A DNA stretch of 52,693 nucleotides from an uncultured Clostridia bacterium. Its GTDB lineage: Bacteria; Bacillota; Clostridia; Christensenellales; UBA1242. Location: NCBI GenBank assembly GCA_944381195.1, contig CALWKH010000001.1, positions 1 to 52,693 of the forward strand, in the 5' to 3' direction. The notes beneath the pieces were generated by a model that worked only from the letters and a program-made list of their open reading frames with translations, was not told the DNA's origin and did no database searches. Shown here piece after piece: positions 45,779 through 52,693 of this stretch; the first letter of the stretch is position 1, and each line of letters begins with the position of its first letter. The translations under genes and the position numbers were made by a program.

Positions 45779-45859
45779 ACTAAACCTCCTTTTGGTCTTA
45801 ATCGGCATTACACTTTTTGTAATGCAAGGAATTAGCAAGTTTTTTGCAATTCGGCTGAA

Positions 45860-45888
45860 ATTTTAACACAAAACAAAAAAAAATGCAA
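45860..45888 (-). promoter_or_regulatory. Sigma-A type promoter TTGCAT-17-TAAAAT for rpsF-ssb-rpsR
   Basis: -35 at 45888..45883 and -10 at 45865..45860. It leaves a leader of roughly 75 nt. Confidence 0.5.
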
Positions 45889-45923
45889 GTTTTTTTTTTA
45901 AAATTTATACTTTTGTTTATTTT

Positions 45924-47126
45924 CTAGTTATCTCCAATAGATTTATTAACCTCTTCTGCCTCTTTTTGCTTTTTGGCAATTTCTTCTGGTGTTAAAGCAT
46001 TTTCCTCTTTTTCTTGCTTTTCAAGTTCTCGCTTAAAACCTTCAACCAAAATGTCTTCACCTTTTGGCTTGTTGTTTTCATCTTGATTCTCTGCGCCACC
46101 ATTTTTCAACTTTTGTTCAAGTTTCTCTGCGTTTTCTTTTATTGACTCAATCTGTTCAACTCTTCTATCATTAAGTTGTTCTTCAAGTTTGCGCATTTTC
46201 TTTTCTTTCTTGCTTTTAGGCTCTTTGTTGACATTTAAAAGTCCGCTTAACAGGTCAAGGTTATCCATTCCGTTACTTTCTTGCATCTTCTTGATGTCTT
46301 CTTCAAGATATTTTCTGCGCTTTTCTCGTTGCTGCCTTTCATAGTCAAGTTTGTTCAAAAGAACATCGTTGTATCTGCTATCGCCAATATGCTTAAATAT
46401 AAAGAACAACAAAGTCAACACCAAAAACGCAGCACCGAAAGCATACCAATATTCATACACCCAAAGAATAATCACGCCTACTTGTGGCATTTGATATACA
46501 ACAACGCTGTCTATTTGATTTTGAATTTGACTAGAAATAATTGTTCGCTCATCACTTCCATCTGGTGTGTTAACAGTTATCTGCGTTCCCACAACTTCTG
46601 TTATGATTCTTGTATAGGTTGTCTCAACATTGTCTTCCATGACAGTAAATGTGATGATAGAACCAACACTTACCCCACCACTATAATTTGGTGCACCCTC
46701 AAACAAGATTGTTCCGCTTTCGACAGTTGGTGAAAGGTCGTCATTATTGTATTGCCGAACAGTATATCCCATTGCAGACAAAACAACAATCTCCATGATG
46801 ACAGCAAAAAACAAAATCAAAAATATCACACCAAAGGTGCCAAAAACAATTGAAGATTTTGGAGAAGTGAAGAAAAGGTCACTGGAATTAGATGCATATA
46901 TGTTCAACTGTGCCTTTTTTACATCATCAATATCGCTTGCTTTTTTATCATCAAGGCTTTGCAAGTTCTCCATGAAAATTTGATGTTTATTCTTCGCTTT
47001 CCCATCACTTAATTTTTTGTCAATGAGCATTGCCTCTACTTCGTCAATCTCACTCTTTTCACCCTCTAGAATATCGACTGAGGTTTTTCGCCCTAATTCA
47101 TATCTGCTAAAATTTTTTTCAGACAT
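45924..47126 (-). CDS. Two-TM membrane protein with a SipW/archaeal-type signal-peptidase-like domain (catalytic residues apparently substituted) and a C-terminal coiled coil
   Basis: TM at aa 93-118 and aa 216-245. Between them are LSPTVESGTILF, VGSIITF, YTRIITEV and MPQVGV. These align by eye with SM-x-PT-x-x-GD, VGDII-F, THRI and IP-x-x-G of ER-type S26 peptidases. AGGGGAAAAGA RBS. Confidence 0.5.
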   Translation of the reverse strand: MSEKNFSRYELGRKTSVDILEGEKSEIDEVEAMLIDKKLSDGKAKNKHQIFMENLQSLDDKKASDIDDVKKAQLNIYASNSSDLFFTSPKSSIVFGTFGVIFLILFFAVIMEIVVLSAMGYTVRQYNNDDLSPTVESGTILFEGAPNYSGGVSVGSIITFTVMEDNVETTYTRIITEVVGTQITVNTPDGSDERTIISSQIQNQIDSVVVYQMPQVGVIILWVYEYWYAFGAAFLVLTLLFFIFKHIGDSRYNDVLLNKLDYERQQREKRRKYLEEDIKKMQESNGMDNLDLLSGLLNVNKEPKSKKEKKMRKLEEQLNDRRVEQIESIKENAEKLEQKLKNGGAENQDENNKPKGEDILVEGFKRELEKQEKEENALTPEEIAKKQKEAEEVNKSIGDN

Positions 47127-47162
47127 TCTTTTCCCCTATTTTTAAACTGTATATAGTTTAAC

Positions 47163-47191
47163 AAAAAAATGGTGAAAATATCAACCATTTT
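47163..47191 (-). terminator. Rho-independent terminator after the 47223-48641 gene
   Basis: Stem AAAATGGT/ACCATTTT with a 10-nt loop, followed by T7 on the minus strand. Confidence 0.6.
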
Positions 47192-47222
47192 TGCATATTT
47201 TTATAAAATTTCATAAGAAATA

Positions 47223-48641
47223 TTAGAAAGCACCCTCTGGAATATCTTCATCGTCATCAAATTCTGCTGCTCTTGTGCGCCTTTCTTCCAGCCTTCTTTC
47301 TCTTTCTGCTTCTGCAATTTCATTCTTTTTGCTAACAATATCTTTTTTATCAATAACAAACTTTTTGAGTTCATTTTGATTAAATGAATTATAGAACCAG
47401 TTAAAATTGTCTTGAAAAGGAATTTTGTTAACCTGCTCCGCAATTTTTGTAACCTCATTGTTTCTTGCATCAATCAAAGCTTTTTCTTTTTCGGTGTATT
47501 CTGGGTTTTCTGTTCCATCTTCTAATGTTTGTGGAACGGCACTTCTCAGTCTTTCAATTTCTCGTGCAAGTTTTCTGTCTTCAACTGCGGTTGCTGCTCT
47601 AAGTTTATCCTCTCTCATTGCACGCTCTCTTGCACGGTTTATCAGTTCATCTTCTTGAAAAAGTTTGCGGTTTAACAATCTTTCTCCAACACTTTGATTT
47701 TTATCAATTGATGTAAACGCAAAGTTCATATCTGTCTGCGTCCCCTCCATTCTTTGAGAAAGTTTGACAGCAGCATCCAAGCAGTCAAAATCTTTAGCAA
47801 CAAAATCTGCTTCTTTTTTGAGGTCTTCAATCACTTTCAAAGAAACGGGCTTGAAAAAGTCATCAAACTTGTTTCCATATATAATCACATCACTGGCATC
47901 AAGTTTGTTTTCCTTGCAATATTTTTCCAAAGCGTTAACTTTTCCACAGCCCTTTGGCACAAAAATAACTCCGTGGTCATCAAAGGTAATATCAACGGTG
48001 TTGATAAACTTGCTTTTTATCTCATCTGGGGCTTTTATCAAAGATTCTATAATTAAGCCAACAGCACCCTCTTCAAAATCAACAGCCCTTTTCTGTCTTG
48101 CAAAATGTTCTGCTCTTGTAAGGCGTTTTGAAAGCGATTTTTTTTCTTTTCCAGCTAAAACCTCCCTTGGCACAACAATTTGATACTTCAGACTATATGC
48201 ATTATTTTTGGCAGAATTAAAACTTTCGTTGCTGACTGATTTATCAAGTTTTAAAGCCTTTTTTATTTTGCTTATGATAAGATTTCTTTTTGTGGAAGCA
48301 AATCCATTGTCTGTTTCAATCGTGAAATAACCATATTTTGAAGAACTTGTTGCAAGCACTGTTTCAATTGCTTCAATTGCCTCTTTTGGAATTTTTTGGT
48401 TTGAAATTTGCGTGCCATTTTTCGTTCTTGCATAGGCGCCACTGTTTGCAATTATCAAATCTCTGTTTGCAAGCCCTGTTGATGCTGAAACAGCATTTTG
48501 CATTGAATTATCTGATGCAAAAACATAGTTCATGTCCATTTGAAAAATTTTTCTGAGTTCTGCTTCGTCTTTTGCTGAAAGTTTTTTGCCTTCTCTTGAT
48601 AATAAATCTAAATTTGTGGAAAAAATAACTTGTGCCATCAT
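47223..48641 (-). CDS. Cof/HAD-like fold protein with degenerate catalytic motifs and a long charged C-terminal region
   Basis: Start at MMAQVIFS after AAGGGG. PKGCGKVNALEKYCKENKLDASDVIIYGNKFDDF resembles Cof-type motifs III and IV. The N-terminal DxD is not intact. The C-terminal 170 aa are coiled-coil and acidic. Confidence 0.5.
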   Translation of the reverse strand: MMAQVIFSTNLDLLSREGKKLSAKDEAELRKIFQMDMNYVFASDNSMQNAVSASTGLANRDLIIANSGAYARTKNGTQISNQKIPKEAIEAIETVLATSSSKYGYFTIETDNGFASTKRNLIISKIKKALKLDKSVSNESFNSAKNNAYSLKYQIVVPREVLAGKEKKSLSKRLTRAEHFARQKRAVDFEEGAVGLIIESLIKAPDEIKSKFINTVDITFDDHGVIFVPKGCGKVNALEKYCKENKLDASDVIIYGNKFDDFFKPVSLKVIEDLKKEADFVAKDFDCLDAAVKLSQRMEGTQTDMNFAFTSIDKNQSVGERLLNRKLFQEDELINRARERAMREDKLRAATAVEDRKLAREIERLRSAVPQTLEDGTENPEYTEKEKALIDARNNEVTKIAEQVNKIPFQDNFNWFYNSFNQNELKKFVIDKKDIVSKKNEIAEAERERRLEERRTRAAEFDDDEDIPEGAF

Positions 48642-48708
48642 TATCCCCTTTTCTTGTTGATATTTTATCATTTTATTGAAAAAAAGTCAATATAAATAGT
48701 TTTTTTGT

Positions 48709-48737
48709 TTGCCAAAAGCGTTTTGGTGTGCTATAAT
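48709..48737 (+). promoter_or_regulatory. Sigma-A promoter TTGCCA-17-(TGc)TATAAT for ppa
   Basis: -35 at 48709-48714 and extended -10 at 48729-48737, 32 nt upstream of the ATG. Confidence 0.6.
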
Positions 48738-48769
48738 TTTAAAATAAAATACAAGCGAGGTTATTTATT

Positions 48770-49300
48770 ATGAATATTTGGCATGACATTGACCCAAGCA
48801 GAATTGGGACAGATGAATTCTGCGCATACATTGAAATTGCAAAAGGAAGCAAGGTTAAATATGAACTTGACAAAGAAACAGGACTTATCAAGTTTGACCG
48901 TTTACTTCACACCAGCATGGTATATCCAGCAAACTACGGATTTATTCCAAGAACACTTGGTGGCGACCATGACCCACTTGATGTTTTAGTGCTTACAAGC
49001 GAACCACTTATGCCAGGCGTTTTGGTTGATTGCAGACCAATTGGAATGATTAAAATGGTTGACGATGGCGAAATGGATGAGAAAATCATTGCAGTAGCAA
49101 AGGGTGACCCATTCTTTAAAAAGGTTAAAAATCTTGACGATTTGCCACAACACACATATGACGAGATGTGTCATTTCTTTAGAAGATATAAAGAACTGCA
49201 AAACAAAGAGACTGAAATCAGTGGCGTTGAAGGTATTGAAAGTGCAGAAAGAATCATTGAAGAAAGCATTATCAATTATAAAGCAGAATATGATGCATAA
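48770..49300 (+). CDS. ppa: Inorganic pyrophosphatase (family I)
   Basis: 176 aa with [20 protein letters not shown] and DEKIIAV motifs. Confidence 0.95.
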   Translation: MNIWHDIDPSRIGTDEFCAYIEIAKGSKVKYELDKETGLIKFDRLLHTSMVYPANYGFIPRTLGGDHDPLDVLVLTSEPLMPGVLVDCRPIGMIKMVDDGEMDEKIIAVAKGDPFFKKVKNLDDLPQHTYDEMCHFFRRYKELQNKETEISGVEGIESAERIIEESIINYKAEYDA

Positions 49301-49305
49301 AATAA

Positions 49306-49337
49306 AAAAGGAGTTTTACTACTCCTTTTGCTTTGTT
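49306..49337 (+). terminator. Hairpin terminator or attenuator between ppa and lepB
   Basis: Stem AAAAGGAGT/ACTCCTTTT with a 6-nt loop, followed by GCTTTGTTT. Confidence 0.55.
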
Positions 49338-49349
49338 TGAGGAGTTTAT

Positions 49350-50081
49350 ATGCAAAAAAAACCTGATAAACTTGTTGGCACCATTATGGTTGATAAACCA
49401 CTTGAAAGAATAAGCATTTTTCGTGGCATTTTGAGCATTTTCTTGGTGGTTCTTTTGTTCTTTATCTTTTCATATTGCGTCCACCATGATGCTGTGATTG
49501 TTACTGGTTCATCAATGCAACCAACAATCAACATAGATTCAGACAACAAAACAACATATGACATTGTTTTTGTCAATAAAGTGGCGGATTTTAAGCGTGG
49601 TGATATTGTGATTGTAGATTTTGAAGACTACAGTTCAATACATCCAACAATCATAAAGCGAGTCATTGCAACCGAGGGTGACACTGTCAACATTAAATGG
49701 GATGAAGAAAATCAAAAACTTTTGGTATATCTTAAAAAAGCGGGTGAAAATGAGTTCTCTTTGCTTGAAGAAAGTTATATTAAAAAAGACCCAAATGACC
49801 CAAGCAAAGACGACCCAGGCGCAATTGCTTGCGCAACAAGTTTTGCATCAAAAAGCGGTTGGGAAATTGACCCGCAATATATAAACGCAGATGGTTCGGT
49901 TACCATTCCAAAAGGGTATTTTTTCTTTCTTGGAGATAACCGTGGCGAAAGTTGGGACGGTTCTGAAGTTGGCCCACTTTCTACCAACAGAATTCTTGGA
50001 GTTGTTGACACCATTGTTCCAAACGGAACCCTTCTTAACACCATTTTAAAAGAAGTCTTTGGGCTTAAACTTAATGACTAA
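49350..50081 (+). CDS. lepB: Signal peptidase I (bacterial P-type S26)
   Basis: TM anchor, VTGSSMQPTI (Ser), RGDIVIV, IKRVIATEGD (Lys) and GDNRGESWD. GAGGAG RBS. Confidence 0.9.
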   Translation: MQKKPDKLVGTIMVDKPLERISIFRGILSIFLVVLLFFIFSYCVHHDAVIVTGSSMQPTINIDSDNKTTYDIVFVNKVADFKRGDIVIVDFEDYSSIHPTIIKRVIATEGDTVNIKWDEENQKLLVYLKKAGENEFSLLEESYIKKDPNDPSKDDPGAIACATSFASKSGWEIDPQYINADGSVTIPKGYFFFLGDNRGESWDGSEVGPLSTNRILGVVDTIVPNGTLLNTILKEVFGLKLND

Positions 50082-50161
50082 CAATGTATTAGACAAAAAA
50101 TTTTACACCTAATAAATAATAATTTTACAAAAAACTCTACTTTAAAAGAAAATTTCACAAA

Positions 50162-50190
50162 GCCACCAGACTATCTGGTGGTTTTCTTTT
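50162..50190 (+). terminator. Rho-independent terminator after lepB
   Basis: Stem CCACCAG/CTGGTGG followed by TTTTCTTTT. Confidence 0.7.
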
Positions 50191-50199
50191 AACAACAAC

Positions 50200-50233
50200 A
50201 AAAAATTCTTATGATTTCTCATAAGAATTTTTT
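50200..50233 (-). terminator. Hairpin terminator after the GLUG-repeat gene
   Basis: 14-bp stem AAAAATTCTTATGA/TCATAAGAATTTTT directly after the stop at 50236. Confidence 0.55.
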
Positions 50234-50235
50234 TA

Positions 50236-52693
50236 TTATTCTGTATAGGTATCTGACCATCTATCTTGTGGTGTTACATCAGTGAGCACTGGTTTTATTC
50301 CATTGAGATATGTAAATGACTCACCAACTTCAAGTGCAACCGAACCCATTGCATTCATTTGTGTTGGAGTCATAGGATTTGCAAGCGTAACTGCCCAAGC
50401 ATCATTTGCAACTGCCATGATGTATACACTTGAGAATATGATGCCTGTGTCAGTTGTTATTCCCGCCGCTCTTCCAACCAAAATGTTTGTTGTATTAACA
50501 TAGTCTGCTGTGCCGTTATTGTTATAGAAAGGCCATACATTTGCAACATAGACATTTGTTAATCTTAGGTTACTAATATTAAGTCTTGCGCTGCTGCTTG
50601 TGTTTACCGTTCCTATAACAGCACCATAGTAGTTGTTGCCGTTGTCAATTGTCACAGCAGAACGCTGACTTGAACCAGTTTTAATATGTTTCGTGTAACC
50701 AGAGTAATAACAACTGTCAATGCTTGCTGAGGATGTATAGAGTTCCACCCCACCTGATGTAACAGTTCTGTAACCAGAAACATATCCAACAAGTCCACCA
50801 ATAGAACTGGTTGTATTATTGATGATTGTCATGTCTCCGCTTGCAAAACTTTGAGTTAAGAATGAGTCACTTCCGTTTGTTCCCATTGAACCAATAAGTC
50901 CACCAACATTATATGTTCCACTGTTAATTGTTAAACTTACATCTGTCCAACTCTTTGTAACCGTTCCTGTTGTCAAGTTTGCAATTAGGCCACCAACAGT
51001 TCCACCAGATGTTCTTGCTTCACTGTCTTGTTCTATGTTAACCGTTCCGAAAACAGCACAATTCTGAACTGTCCCACCATCAACGGTATATGCAAGAGGT
51101 GCAACAGAAAGACTTGAACCACTGAGCGCTAAAGTGCCCTCAATTCTTAAAAGAATTGACTCAATAATGCCACCTGTCGATAAACGAACATTAAATGTGG
51201 TGTAGGTTCTGCTGTTATAGTTCAAATCTGCAAAATCTGGAACAAAGATAACAAAACCATTTCCAGTTACCTTGTTCGTTGTTGCTCCACCTGTTCCAAT
51301 GGTTGCGGTTGCAACCACATCTCTTGTTAGAGCGTAATATGAACCTGTTGAGTCTGTTGCAAACCCATTAAGCAAGATGTAATGCGAAATTTCAAAAGGC
51401 GAACTTTGTGTTCCACTTCCTGTATAGCGCATATCTTGAACATTTGCGTTCTTTCTTGCCGATAGAACTGGGTTGAGAATTGGAAGCCCATAGTTAAGTG
51501 TTTCACTTCTTGTCCACATTTCTGTGTTGAGTCCAAGTTCACTTATATCAGTTGTTTGCAATGCAGAAACCGTTCGTTCACTTGAAACTGCACCAGCATA
51601 CGCTTCAACTTTTGAGTTTGTTCTGCTGATATCACTTGCATGGATAACACCTGTAAGAGAACTGTGGTTAACACCTTGTCCAAGTGAACCATTTGCGTTA
51701 TATGGAGATTCGTCGTAAACAGAGAAATCTACCATTCCAACAAGGTCTGAAACTGTTTGTGTGCTATATGCCAAGACACCTGCAAGATAGGTGCTTCTGT
51801 CCACACCATTATTCCAAACAGCACTTGTTATGGTTTGTTTTCCCATTGCATAGGCATAGTTCATCTTTCCTGTGTTATAACCAACAAGGTTTGCAACATA
51901 GCAAGCATTAACATTTTGCCCTGTTATGTGAATGTTTAGGTCAAAATAACTCCACACATTTGTTATGGTGTTATTGTTTTGACCAACCAAACCACCAACA
52001 TAAATTTGAGTGCTTGAATTTGCTGTTGCATTAAGATTGATTGTCAAAACATCATCATTTTCGCCAACTGTTTTATCTTCCAAGTTTACAGACAGAACAC
52101 TGATGTTTGACGTGTTTGAACTATAGTTCGGCAAGCCTCCAACAGCACAGTTTGAAATGATACCATTGTTAATTGGTGCAAGCATTCCATAGGTTATGCT
52201 GTTATTTGCGCTTACTTGCTCTATATCAATATCACTGCTACTTTGAACAACAAAGCCAGAAATCAGCACATCTTCTGGAATCAAGCTGAACACACTGTTT
52301 GAAGTTGTGACAGTTTTGCTGTTCCCAAGAATTCTTAGAACATTGCCAATATTAAGTTCGTTTGCTCCCGTAATATTTGATTCAAAAATGATAGACTTAT
52401 AGGCATATGACGAATCAACAAAGGCTCTTTGCATATCTGCTGTTGAACTAACCTTTTGAACCCACATCTGTGTTTCAAGGTTTGGTTCAATCGCATATTC
52501 CCCTGCATCTATTGTTTCTTCCGTCATAACAATCAAGTTTTGAAGTGCATTTATATAAGGCAGAATATAGTAGTCATTAGAAGTCAAAGTTTCCAAAATT
52601 GCACTGTTTGCAAAAGTCCAGTTTACATTGATTTGAATTATTTCTTGTGACGGAGAAATGATGTCTTCAAGCGTTAGGTTTGTTATGTTCTTA
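50236..52693 (-). CDS. Large GLUG-motif / beta-helix repeat surface protein; the N-terminus lies beyond the window
   Basis: The frame stays open from 52596 to the window edge, and the track M at 52596 is a TTG. GGLVG-type motifs recur: VGGLVGQNN, VGGLIANL, VGGLIGSMG and IGGLVGYVS. Confidence 0.65.
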   Translation of the reverse strand, partial: KNITNLTLEDIISPSQEIIQINVNWTFANSAILETLTSNDYYILPYINALQNLIVMTEETIDAGEYAIEPNLETQMWVQKVSSTADMQRAFVDSSYAYKSIIFESNITGANELNIGNVLRILGNSKTVTTSNSVFSLIPEDVLISGFVVQSSSDIDIEQVSANNSITYGMLAPINNGIISNCAVGGLPNYSSNTSNISVLSVNLEDKTVGENDDVLTINLNATANSSTQIYVGGLVGQNNNTITNVWSYFDLNIHITGQNVNACYVANLVGYNTGKMNYAYAMGKQTITSAVWNNGVDRSTYLAGVLAYSTQTVSDLVGMVDFSVYDESPYNANGSLGQGVNHSSLTGVIHASDISRTNSKVEAYAGAVSSERTVSALQTTDISELGLNTEMWTRSETLNYGLPILNPVLSARKNANVQDMRYTGSGTQSSPFEISHYILLNGFATDSTGSYYALTRDVVATATIGTGGATTNKVTGNGFVIFVPDFADLNYNSRTYTTFNVRLSTGGIIESILLRIEGTLALSGSSLSVAPLAYTVDGGTVQNCAVFGTVNIEQDSEARTSGGTVGGLIANLTTGTVTKSWTDVSLTINSGTYNVGGLIGSMGTNGSDSFLTQSFASGDMTIINNTTSSIGGLVGYVSGYRTVTSGGVELYTSSASIDSCYYSGYTKHIKTGSSQRSAVTIDNGNNYYGAVIGTVNTSSSARLNISNLRLTNVYVANVWPFYNNNGTADYVNTTNILVGRAAGITTDTGIIFSSVYIMAVANDAWAVTLANPMTPTQMNAMGSVALEVGESFTYLNGIKPVLTDVTPQDRWSDTYTE

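Noticed and set aside
45872-45900. A9...T10 inverted repeat as a terminator after the 45924-47126 gene
   Set aside because: The stem would be made only of A-U pairs, and its loop is the -35 box of the rpsF promoter. It is unlikely to be a stable terminator.
1-52693. CRISPR arrays, IS elements, prophage genes, toxin-antitoxin pairs, and tRNA or rRNA genes
   Set aside because: I saw no spaced direct repeats, transposase or integrase motifs, or tRNA-like T-arm sequences. The only GGTTCAAxTCC-type element is the tmRNA 3' end. This was a scan by eye and was not exhaustive.

Overview
This is a chromosomal segment from a low-GC, endospore-forming Bacillota (Firmicutes) genome. It is roughly 90% coding, and most genes are on the minus strand. 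The content is mainly housekeeping genes in a Bacillus-like order. One block runs mrnC-rlmB-sigH-dnaX-ebfC-recR. Others are alaS/glnS, tkt, secG-rnr-smpB-ssrA, a Na/Pi transporter followed by pgk-tpiA-gpmI, dusB, two HU genes, glmM, trxB, rpsF-ssb-rpsR and ppa-lepB. Many sporulation and germination genes are interspersed: cwlD, a gerA-type tricistronic receptor operon, sleB-ypeB, spoIIR, a SipL/SpoVID-like LysM protein, veg and a SpoVB-like flippase. I found one ncRNA, the tmRNA. I found no tRNA or rRNA genes, CRISPR arrays, transposases, integrases or recognisable defence islands. I do not see one obvious novel multi-gene system. The second-look items are: (1) an E. coli-type A AAA AAG -1 frameshift site at the tau/gamma boundary of dnaX; (2) a Rho homologue whose ATPase and RNA-translocation motifs look degenerate; (3) a 599-aa AlaRS that lacks the beta-barrel and C-Ala modules; (4) ssrA beginning inside the smpB stop codon, with an atypical tag; (5) two adjacent coiled-coil proteins next to the ssb operon, one a catalytically dead-looking SipW-type peptidase fold and the other a degenerate HAD fold ending in an SSB-tail-like motif; (6) several smaller oddities. 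All family calls come from reading motifs by eye and from memory of family consensus sequences. No database search was run.
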